From Gemmatimonadota bacterium (lineage in GTDB: Bacteria; Gemmatimonadota; Gemmatimonadetes; Gemmatimonadales; GWC2-71-9), in NCBI GenBank assembly GCA_039586365.1, contig JBDHKN010000050.1, forward strand, positions 1-35,240: a DNA stretch of 35,240 nt, written 5' to 3'. A program made the position numbers and the translations under genes. The notes below the pieces were generated by a model, which worked only from the letters and a program-made list of their open reading frames with translations, had not been told where the DNA came from and did not search any database. Of the stretch, positions 10,390-18,642 are shown one piece after another (positions within the stretch are counted from its first letter, which is position 1; the number at the start of each line of letters is the position of its first letter).

Positions 10390-10635
10390 GTGAGAGCGTC
10401 ACTTGCGTTTGCGTGCTTCATGGCCGGAACAGTGGCGTTCTGTCGGTTCTTCTACCTGGCGCTGCGAGTGAACAAGGAACGAGTTGGCCCGTCTGCAACT
10501 CGGTTGCAGCGGTGGTTCCCGTGGCTTCCCGGGCAATTCACGCCAACTGGTGAGCGCCTCCGTCGGAAGATGAACGCGCTCTTGATCTTGGGGTGGATGT
10601 TTCTGTTGGCGGGATTGGTGCTGTCGCCGCGGTAG
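10390..10635 (+). CDS. Small hypothetical membrane protein (2 TM)
   Basis: GTG start after a G-rich RBS-like stretch, with two hydrophobic segments flanking FTPTGERLRR. Confidence 0.5.
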   Translation: MRASLAFACFMAGTVAFCRFFYLALRVNKERVGPSATRLQRWFPWLPGQFTPTGERLRRKMNALLILGWMFLLAGLVLSPR

Positions 10636-10759
10636 CCGCTGCCGGGGTGCCGCTGCGGTGCGCATTTTTGTCTGTGGTTGAGTCTAGGAAGTGACGTCTC
10701 GAGATGAATCATGCACCTTTACGTTTGCTGAGTGATGCATTCTCGCCTCGATGAGACCG

Positions 10760-10942
10760 ATGACAAAGATCTGGGAACGATCCGGTGAAGAGGAACGAGT
10801 GCGCTTGGTCCAGCACTACTTCAGTGATGCACAGCTGTTTGATGAGCCACGTGTCTTCGTCTCCAAGGGGCAACTCCAGCCCGCCGGTGATAGGTATACC
10901 CATCTCGGCATTCCGAGTGACCCGGTGTATGCGGTATACTGA
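10760..10942 (+). pseudogene. 5' piece of a gene interrupted by the insert (methyltransferase C-terminal-like segment); its own N-terminus is missing
   Basis: KIWERSGEEERVRLVQHYF...SDPVYAVY ends in the 18-bp repeat and resumes in frame at the second copy (PVYAVYADK). There is an in-frame TGA at 10733. The family assignment is from recall. Confidence 0.65.
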
Positions 10943-12170
10943 ACAAGGTGTGCACCACGTGCACCGGTGTACCCAGAACCCCCGTTTTTCCTGGCTTTCC
11001 TCCGATTCGGTCTACGCCAGTTAACAGCGTTACCCGGAGTGCTCGGGTACAGTTAGGGTACAATTGAGGTACAATGCCGGATGGCGTCCGGATTGTACGT
11101 ACAAGCACTTATGGTGCTGCGCGCTGGTTGCGTCTATCATGACCGTCGAGGGGGGGACAACAGGCGGCCTCCTGTTGGCGTGAGTGACTGCTGGTGGTGT
11201 AAAGGCCGTACCCTTGAGACCTCCATGCGAGTATGTTCGTCACGTGCTTCGTTGCTCACGGCCCTAAAAGTCCCCCCTTCATCACGTATCCTGGGCGGGG
11301 CTGTCCCGTCCCGAAGCAAGGCCCCGAGCGGTCAGACCCGCGTCGGCGATTCCGGTTGGCAGCCGGTGGTTCAGATCGTCGTCAGCCGGATCCCGTTCGG
11401 GGTTCTTGCGTTCCTTATTTGCCATCCGGGCCTACCGTCGTGCGGGTGAGATGCTGGCCGAGATGGACCTGCCCCAGGGTGGTTCAAAGTTCCGCGACGG
11501 AACCTTGAAGGACCTCGGACTCACCAAGCAGCGCTCCCACCGCTACCAGCTCGTAGCGCACGTCATCTCAGCCAACCTGAAGCGCCGGCATCTGAAAACG
11601 GGGCAGCGGTCGATGGTAGGCGATAGGGTTGCCGGCTATTCGTGGGGCGGGGATCGAACATCAAGCGGTAAAGTTACCGCTTGCTCTCAAAGCGAAGCCG
11701 CAAAGCTCCTCAACGTAAGTGAGTCAAGTGTTCGAAAGGCCCGCAAGGTTCGCAAGAAGGCAACGCCGAAGGTGATCAAGGCGGCCGAGGACGGCGACGT
11801 CAGTCTCCACAAGGCTGCTAGCGGAATTCCGCTAGCTGTAACCCAAGGTCGGCCCGCTGAAACGGCACGAATTCATGCCGTTTCACAACGGGAAGCGAGC
11901 AAGCTACTGAACGTCGGTAGGGCTGCCACCTAGGACACGGCGGTGATCGGATTGGCCATGAGAGCGAGTCGATGTATCAGCGTTATGCTATCACGTGCGA
12001 GGCGGATCTCCGGGAAGGGTTACAGAAAGTGCACGCTATGCACGAAAACGGCGGCAAAAAGGTGCCTCCGTTCCGTACGGCTACAGTTACGGGTACAATT
12101 TAGTCATCGGCCGCAGCTAAGTTTCCAATTGTGAACCACATACGATTTGAAACCGGTGTATGCGGTATAC
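10922..12170. mobile_element. Integrase-less integrated element or prophage remnant bounded by the 18-bp direct repeat CCGGTGTATGCGGTATAC
   Basis: Exact repeat at 10922-10939 and 12153-12170, matching subterminal motifs at both ends, and a phage-like ORF inside. Confidence 0.75.
11406..11933 (+). pseudogene. Mosaic fragment of phage-type DNA-binding proteins (ParB-like/HTH and phage MTase N-terminal-like pieces)
   Basis: IRAYRRAGEML...TLKDLGLTKQRSHRYQ, VISANLKRRHLKTGQRSM, and two HTH-like segments SQSEAAKLLNVS and SQREASKLLNVG. No convincing start codon. Confidence 0.6.
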
Positions 12171-12542
12171 GCGGACAAGGTTGGGGGACATCGCATACGC
12201 CCGGAACCAGTAGCCGCCCAACAGGCGGGTCCCATGTTCAATGGGGCGGAAATCGAGAGAAGAAGACAGCGAGTCGAGCAGACGCTCCGCTGTCCTTATT
12301 GTGACCAGAGCCTCAGTAAGTGGGAGGTACCACAGACGCCGTTCACCGAATGGCCGAGCGACTACCACTACATCTGCTTCAACGACGACTGTACCTTCTT
12401 CGTCGCTGGGTGGGAAACCATGACGGCCCAGGGCGGCCTGGGGTCCTACCGGTTCATGTATGAACCGACGCTAGGTAACTGCTATCCGGTCCCGGTGCTC
12501 AGCAGTGACAACCTCAGAGAGAGCATCATTGAGAACGAGTGA
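12153..12542 (+). CDS. 3' piece of the interrupted gene, encoding a Cys4 zinc-ribbon-like domain; possibly still translated from TTG 12147 or a downstream ATG
   Basis: CPYC...YICFNDDC..VAGW...SYRFMYEP, continuing in frame from PVYAVY. Confidence 0.7.
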   Translation, partial: PVYAVYADKVGGHRIRPEPVAAQQAGPMFNGAEIERRRQRVEQTLRCPYCDQSLSKWEVPQTPFTEWPSDYHYICFNDDCTFFVAGWETMTAQGGLGSYRFMYEPTLGNCYPVPVLSSDNLRESIIENE

Positions 12543-12546
12543 CGCA

Positions 12547-13254
12547 ATGAGGCAATCCCCAGCCTCATTTCCTCATTGGTTGGTGTCGTGGATGCTAGCC
12601 GAAGCCATTGAACTGTGGGGCGCTGCCGATCTGCGTCAGTTTGCCACGCCGGTTGACACCAACGGGCGGGGGTTTCCGTCCGCCATCTCGTGGACGATTC
12701 CAATGGCGGCCCCGATCATGGTGAGCGTACGGAAAGGTCCCAACCAGGCCTATGCCGATGAATACGCACGGGTGAACGCGAGGATCAATGAGATGGCGGA
12801 GAGGCTGACAGCCGAGGTCAGAGGCGTTGGCCACCGGGCCCAACCCTTGGCTGCGTCAGAGCGTACAGATTGGATCGACATCAAAGGCGATTTCCCTCAT
12901 AAAACGGCCGCCACCCGTGCCGGGTTGGGTTGGATCGGCCGGCACTGCCAGCTCGTCACTCGCAAGTTCGGCTCCTGGGTGCGCTTGGGGACGGTCTTCA
13001 CTGACATGCCGATTCCCTGTGGGCCTTCCGTAGAGCGGAGCTTCTGCAGTACCTGCACTCGCTGTGTTGACGCATGTCCGGCCGGCGCCCTGAGCGGAGC
13101 GGCATGGCTACCAGGTCTGCCACGAGAGGGGTTGCTGGATGCCGAGGCGTGTGATAACTGGAAGAAGAAGCATTACTTTGAATTCCATCAGGGACACAAC
13201 TGTGGCATATGCTCAGCGGTTTGTCCCTTCGGATTGAAGGTTCTCAGGCGGTGA
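12547..13254 (+). CDS. Epoxyqueuosine reductase (QueG)-like 4Fe-4S protein, short form
   Basis: FPHKTAATRAGLGWIG, FGSWVRLGTVFTD, CSTCTRCVDACP and CGICSAVCPF. Confidence 0.85.
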   Translation: MRQSPASFPHWLVSWMLAEAIELWGAADLRQFATPVDTNGRGFPSAISWTIPMAAPIMVSVRKGPNQAYADEYARVNARINEMAERLTAEVRGVGHRAQPLAASERTDWIDIKGDFPHKTAATRAGLGWIGRHCQLVTRKFGSWVRLGTVFTDMPIPCGPSVERSFCSTCTRCVDACPAGALSGAAWLPGLPREGLLDAEACDNWKKKHYFEFHQGHNCGICSAVCPFGLKVLRR

Positions 13255-13502
13255 TTCGGCTTCTCACTGACCCAAGAAAGACGGTATCTCTAGCTGGTGG
13301 ACGACTGGTTGGTGGTGTGAAATGGTGATCTCTCGAATCTGAAGCTGACCCGACCGAGCTGCCTCAGCCAACGCTCGATCGTTTCCGATTTGGGTGGCAG
13401 GTCATGTAGGGTTAACGCGCGTCCCGGATTGTCGTCACAAGGATGGTGGCATCTGAGTGAAGCCACGGATCATCCTTCTGAGCCTACTTCGAGGAGCAGA
13501 CT

Positions 13503-14078
13503 ATGCAGAGATCGTTGTGGTGGTTCGCTTGGCCGAGTCCGATCGCGGCTCTCGCCTGTTTTGCCTGTGCTACAGGAGTACCCAGAGAGTCCGGTACTCA
13601 GGCAGCTACATACGTTGGCGGTCCTGCGATTGGCGATATGGACTTCTATACTGGTGAGGAGACCGTCGTTTCTTCGGCAATCGATGCCCCTATCGAGAGC
13701 GTGTGGAGGGCATTGCCTAGCGTCTACGAGAGGTTGGACGTACCGCTTTCGGTGCTCGACACCGTAGCCATGCAGGTTGGGAACCGAAGTTTCAAACCTC
13801 GCCGGATCGGAGGATCCCGTCTCTCGAAGTACATAGACTGTGGACGCGGCATAACAGCGACTCAGAACGCTGACGCGTATGAAGTGACCATGGCACTGCT
13901 CACCAGAGTCAAGCAGGCTGACGGTGGGGGGACACTGCTTTCGATAGAGATTGGTGGCAACGCCAAGCCCCGGGCTGTCAGCGGTAACCCGGTCCGCTGC
14001 GTCTCGAAGGGTACGCTAGAAGCCTTGATGGCGGATTTGGTGCGGGAAGAAATCGCCGGTAATGCGCTGCCGAAGTAG
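13503..14078 (+). CDS. Hypothetical lipoprotein
   Basis: RBS GAGGAG, lipobox-like LAC/FAC, and a paired-Cys pattern (YIDCG ... VRCVSKGTLE). Confidence 0.75.
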   Translation: MQRSLWWFAWPSPIAALACFACATGVPRESGTQAATYVGGPAIGDMDFYTGEETVVSSAIDAPIESVWRALPSVYERLDVPLSVLDTVAMQVGNRSFKPRRIGGSRLSKYIDCGRGITATQNADAYEVTMALLTRVKQADGGGTLLSIEIGGNAKPRAVSGNPVRCVSKGTLEALMADLVREEIAGNALPK

Positions 14079-14365
14079 AAGCTAGATAAGGTATCAGCTC
14101 TATCCCAGACGGTTGTTGACGTGGGGTCACACCCATCTTGGGTCTGTACGTACTAGGCTTGGCTCGGCGGCATGACTGGGTACGATTCGGCAGTCCTCCC
14201 AATCTGGTTTCGGCAGGCATGGTCAAAACGCTACGAGCCCAACGACGGCCGGCTGTCTGACGAGAAGATGCTGTTGTGGCGAGAGGTAGCGGAACCGCGG
14301 GTACCTTGTGGGGTCACACGAAGTGATGTCTTCCCCTCAGTTCTCCCAATTCGACACCATCTGAA

Positions 14366-14665
14366 GTGAAAGACACAGTCAGAGTCACGGTACACCGTAC
14401 GGCTAACTGGCACGTGGACGTGAAGGTTAATCACGGAGCCCGGTTCGCCGAGATAAGGGCTTGGCGGGGTGAACGCTGGCCCGATCTCCAGAAGACGTGG
14501 CATGCCCGGATGCGATGGTGGATTCCATGGTTTTCACTGAAGCGTCAGGCTGTCAGGGCAGTGGAGTATGCCAACCAATGTGACGAAACGCACCTGACGC
14601 GGGACGACCTGCAGCAGAAAGTCACTGACGCATTGCGCTGGCTGCGCGAAGAGTTGCGATGCTAG
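14366..14665 (+). CDS. Hypothetical protein
   Basis: 99-aa ORF with a GTG start and protein-like composition. No recognised motif. Confidence 0.45.
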   Translation: MKDTVRVTVHRTANWHVDVKVNHGARFAEIRAWRGERWPDLQKTWHARMRWWIPWFSLKRQAVRAVEYANQCDETHLTRDDLQQKVTDALRWLREELRC

Positions 14666-14848
14666 CGGCGCTGGGGGGATGGTGCACGATTCCGGCGGCT
14701 CTCGATGGTGGCATCGAAGAGAACTGAGAGCTGCTTGGAATTCTATGGGACAGATTCGCTTGACCACTGGCGACGTCGACGTGGATTGGCGAGCTGTACG
14801 TGAGTTGCGTAATATCTGTGAATCAGGCACCCTGGGAGCGTAGCTGCA

Positions 14849-15274
14849 GTGGCAACGAAGAGATCGGAGCGCGCAGAGTTCCAGCGAGTAGAGATCCAAC
14901 ATCTTCCCGACGAACGCTGCCGGGTGCGCGTGACTTTGGGGCGGCAGCTCGGTCCGAATCTGCACCAGACCTTTGTGGGGAAGGCCGAGTCCGTCTGGTC
15001 GCCGATCGGTGAACTGCGGTGCGCTGCAGAGGCAGCGCTGAAAGCTCTCGAGCGCTCCTTCGGAGTTGCTGAGGGTACCTTTACGACGCTGGACATCAAG
15101 ACGGTAGAGTCATTTGACCGTCCCGCCGTGATCGTTGCCATATCGGCGGCCCACGGAGATTTGAGCCTGCGCCTAGTGGGATTCTGCGAGGTGCAGGAGG
15201 ATCCGAAGCTGGCTGCGGCGAAAGCGGCCCTCAACGGAACCAATCGGTTCGTGGCCTTCCGGTTGGCGAAGTAG
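14849..15274 (+). CDS. Hypothetical protein (alpha/beta, ending AAAKAALNGTNR)
   Basis: RBS GGGAG upstream of GTG. Repeated helix pattern CAAEAALKAL / AAAKAALNG. Confidence 0.7.
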   Translation: MATKRSERAEFQRVEIQHLPDERCRVRVTLGRQLGPNLHQTFVGKAESVWSPIGELRCAAEAALKALERSFGVAEGTFTTLDIKTVESFDRPAVIVAISAAHGDLSLRLVGFCEVQEDPKLAAAKAALNGTNRFVAFRLAK

Positions 15275-15656
15275 CCAAGCGAAGGCGAGTCGCGACAGGC
15301 GTTTGCTCAACGCTCAGCTGTCGCCAGCGCCGCCAATCCCAGCGCCGGGCCTTTTGTGAATAAGCTGCCATTGCTCTCGCGCGAGTGGACTCTAAAGTAC
15401 CCACTCTGCTTTCCGTGCTTCGGTGTCCGTTTCGTCCATGGAGAGTCTCGTAGCCAGCCGAACCGAAGAAATCTTCGAAGCGGACTCAATCGGTTCCGAA
15501 CGCGTGGCTATCCCAAGACTCCAGCAATGATCCACCCGCTAATTCCTCCTTCACCGTTCGGATCGCATCCGCATCGAAGGCTCCTCGTGGTATTGCCTGC
15601 CGAACACTTGATTGCCCTTGTTGGTTGCGTCACGACGTTCCATGGTTACTGTTTGC

Positions 15657-17084
15657 CTACTCGCGCTTCGTGCCGGCCATCTTTGCGGGGTCCATCACTG
15701 ACATGATCTGTTCTTCAGAGAGGAGGCTCTTCTCCCTAACGAGCTCAACTACGCCACGACCGCTCGCCAGCGCTTCCTTTGCGAGTTCCGTGGCAGTATC
15801 GTAGCCGAGCAACGGGTTCAGCGCCGTGACAATTCCAATACTGAAATCCACGTAGCCCTGGCAGACGGCTTCGTTCGCTGTAATGCCTTCGATGCAGTGC
15901 ACCCGCAGCGTTCTTGCAGCGTTCATGAACATAGTCTGTGATTCGAGGATGCAGTGGCCGATGACGGGCTCCATCACGTTGAGCTGGAGTTGTCCCGCCT
16001 CGGCGGCAAGAGTCACGGTGTGATCACTGCCGATCACCCGGTAGCAGACCTGGTTCACGACCTCGGGTATGACTGGGTTCACCTTACCCGGCATGATGGA
16101 TGAGCCGGGCTGCATCGCTGGTAGGTTGACCTCATTCAGGCCTGCGCGCGGCCCGGAAGAGAGTAACCGCAGGTCATTGCAGATCTTGGAGAGCTTGATA
16201 GCAAGGCTCTTGAGAACGGACGAGTACAGCACGAATGCCTGCGTGTCCTGCGTCGCCTCGACGAGGTCCGGAGCGGAATAGATCTCCTTGCCGGTAATCT
16301 CGGCAAGGTGGTGGACGCAACGTTCCATGTATCCTGGAGGAGCGTTGAGGCCGGTGCCGATGGCTGTTCCACCCATGTTTACCTCGCGGAGGATCTCCTC
16401 GATCCGCTCAAGGGCCGTCATCTCGTTTTCCAGGCTCTCGCCAAATGCCTCGAACTCCTGCCCCAGAGTCATGGGCACCGCGTCCTGAAGCTGGGTGCGT
16501 CCCATCTTGAGGATGCCGGAGAACTCCCTTCCCTTGTCCCGAAACGCCGCGATTAGGTCACGTAGCTCTGCGATCAATTCGTCGTTCGCCAGTACGATGG
16601 CGATGTGCAGAGCGGTGGGATAGACATCGTTTGTGGACTGCGAGCAATTCACGTGATCGTGCGGGTCGCAGTGCTCAAAAGCCCCCTTCTCATGGCCCAT
16701 CAGCTCCAGAGCTCGGTTTGCGATCACTTCGTTCGCATTCATGTTTGTGGAGGTACCTGCTCCGCCCTGAATGACATCGACCTGGAACTGATCGTGCAGC
16801 GCGCCGTCGATGATCTCCTGACAAGCGCCTTCGATGCCTCCTAGGATCTCGCTCGTCAGCTCGCCCACATCGCTGTTTGCCCGTGCGGACGCCAGCTTTA
16901 CCATGGCCAGTGCTTGAATCAGTTCGGGATATTGTCTGATTGGCACTCCAGTGATGTGGAAGTTCTCCAGGGCGCGCACCGTTTGTATACCATAGTAGGC
17001 TGCTGCAGGAACCGTCCTTTCGCCTAGTAGGTCGTGCTCAGTCCGCACATCGGGGCTGGCGCTGGTTGTTTTCCCCTGTGGCAT
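15657..17084 (-). CDS. aspA: Aspartate ammonia-lyase (aspartase)
   Basis: RTEHDLLGE, YYGIQTVRALENF, QGGAGTSTNMNANEVIAN, KMGRTQLQDAVP, GSSIMPGKVNP and GQLQLNVMEP. GAGG lies upstream of ATG 17084. Confidence 0.96.
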   Translation of the reverse strand: MPQGKTTSASPDVRTEHDLLGERTVPAAAYYGIQTVRALENFHITGVPIRQYPELIQALAMVKLASARANSDVGELTSEILGGIEGACQEIIDGALHDQFQVDVIQGGAGTSTNMNANEVIANRALELMGHEKGAFEHCDPHDHVNCSQSTNDVYPTALHIAIVLANDELIAELRDLIAAFRDKGREFSGILKMGRTQLQDAVPMTLGQEFEAFGESLENEMTALERIEEILREVNMGGTAIGTGLNAPPGYMERCVHHLAEITGKEIYSAPDLVEATQDTQAFVLYSSVLKSLAIKLSKICNDLRLLSSGPRAGLNEVNLPAMQPGSSIMPGKVNPVIPEVVNQVCYRVIGSDHTVTLAAEAGQLQLNVMEPVIGHCILESQTMFMNAARTLRVHCIEGITANEAVCQGYVDFSIGIVTALNPLLGYDTATELAKEALASGRGVVELVREKSLLSEEQIMSVMDPAKMAGTKRE

Positions 17085-17506
17085 GGTCAACCTCACTTAG
17101 GATTCGCTATCGACTGACGTAGTTTGCGTATTCGTGTCGCTGCAGTACAACTGGCCTCCCTGTCCGAATGCGAGGTGGAGCCGAATAGGGGGCGGCGATC
17201 AAGTTGATTCCTTGCTTGCCTGACGTCCAGCCAACCGGCGAAATGGTTCCTCGGATTCGGTTTGGGGGGAAGTGGCAGTCGCACCTTTCTTTCATGCGGA
17301 ATTCATGTTCAATTAATGCCTGCTGTGATTTGGATCCGGGCTTGTGCCAGAGGTGTGCTGGAGCTGAGATTCCGCTGAGTTTCCAGGCAAGTCGTGACAC
17401 GACTGGGAGTATTCAGCGGGTTTCCCCGGGCAGTCTACAGCTGGCAACGAGAGGCTGTTGGTTGGCCTCGTGAGACGTAGCAGAAGACTTAGCGGAGGAG
17501 TTACCA

Positions 17507-18379
17507 ATGTTGGGCAATAATGTGAATGTGTTGAGGAGAGGGTGGCTTGCCGTCGCCCTGCTGACCGTTGTGGGCTGCGGACCTTCCGAGGAAATCCAGC
17601 AGCAACTGGCTCAGCTCGAGATCGTATCCGCGCAGAAGGACAGCCTGATTGAGGCTGTGGCGGAGTACGCTCAGGTTATGAGTGTCATCAGTGCCGAGTT
17701 AGCCGACATACAAATGGAGGGAAGGGACTTGATGGTGGCAGTCGAGTCACCGGTCGCGGCTTCGCGCGATTCGATCCTGAACAAGATCAGATACATCAAC
17801 GAGAGGGTGGCGCAGACCGAAGCGCGCTTGAGACAGAGCCGGCAGAGAGTGAGTGCGCTGACCAGTCTGTCGGACAGCTTGAGAGCCACGATGGAGCAGA
17901 CTTATGCCAATTACGAGGGCCTGCTGGCGAGCCAGCGTGAGAGCCTCGCAGCCTTGACGGAACAGGTGACCGGACTCGAGGCGGAGAAGCAGCAGCTTGC
18001 CGCCGAGATAACCACGCTCGAGGACGCCGCAGCGAAGGTCTACTACATCATCGGGACCGAAGAGGAGCTGCTGGAACGAGGTATCATCCAGAAAGAAGGT
18101 GGATCGCGAGTCCTGTTCATCTTCGGTAAGCGAGGACAGACCTTGGTACCAGGGCGAGACTTGGATCCGGGCGATTTTACCATGATCGACAGACGGGATG
18201 CTACTGAGATCGAGTTTCCCAACCCCGACGCCGTGTACACGGTCGTGTCGCGGCATGACCTTGCCTATCTCGAGAACACGCCTGACGAGAAGGGAAACAT
18301 CAGCGGCAGTCTGCGGATCTCATCGCCCAATGAATTCTGGGCCGCTTCGCCGTTCCTGATCGTTGTCGAGAAGAGCTGA
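17507..18379 (+). CDS. Coiled-coil lipoprotein, function unknown
   Basis: RBS GGAGGAG, lipobox VVGC, long heptad region, and C-terminal domain YYIIGTEEELLERGII...FWAASPFLIV. Confidence 0.8.
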   Translation: MLGNNVNVLRRGWLAVALLTVVGCGPSEEIQQQLAQLEIVSAQKDSLIEAVAEYAQVMSVISAELADIQMEGRDLMVAVESPVAASRDSILNKIRYINERVAQTEARLRQSRQRVSALTSLSDSLRATMEQTYANYEGLLASQRESLAALTEQVTGLEAEKQQLAAEITTLEDAAAKVYYIIGTEEELLERGIIQKEGGSRVLFIFGKRGQTLVPGRDLDPGDFTMIDRRDATEIEFPNPDAVYTVVSRHDLAYLENTPDEKGNISGSLRISSPNEFWAASPFLIVVEKS

Positions 18380-18433
18380 ATGGCCTAGCCCATGAGGTCG
18401 CGGTAGTTGCGACGGCGACATTTCAGGACCAGC

Positions 18434-18465
18434 CGGCCAGCGCGAACCCGCGCTGGCCGTTGTTT
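18434..18465 (+). terminator. Probable intrinsic terminator
   Basis: 11-bp stem CGGCCAGCGCG / CGCGCTGGCCG with AACC loop, followed by TTGTTT. Confidence 0.7.
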
Positions 18466-18642
18466 CTGCGGCAATTGGTGCGGACCTTTCACATAGAATT
18501 CATACTTAGTTCATCAATGTCGTGGCTTGTTGAGTCGGTTGGGGCGAAGCCAATTGCTCCGCCGATGTCTCGGGCCGGGTGAGAGCACGCTCGGGCCGGT
18601 TCCGGAGACAGACTGTGTGTCACCCACCTCCCGGAGGCAACA

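Noticed and set aside
12547..13254. Reductive dehalogenase or bona fide queG assignment
   Set aside because: No Tat signal or RdhB anchor, and it is shorter than canonical QueG. Only family-level similarity is supportable.
13335..13420. Weak attC-like look (TGAAGCTGAC ... GCAGGTCATG ... GTTAAC), with similar hints near 1290 and 2262
   Set aside because: No properly paired RYYYAAC/GTTRRRY boxes, no integron integrase and no regular cassette array.
15307..15650. Short ORFs between the hypothetical gene and the aspA end
   Set aside because: No recognisable motifs or RBS. Treated as intergenic or degraded sequence.
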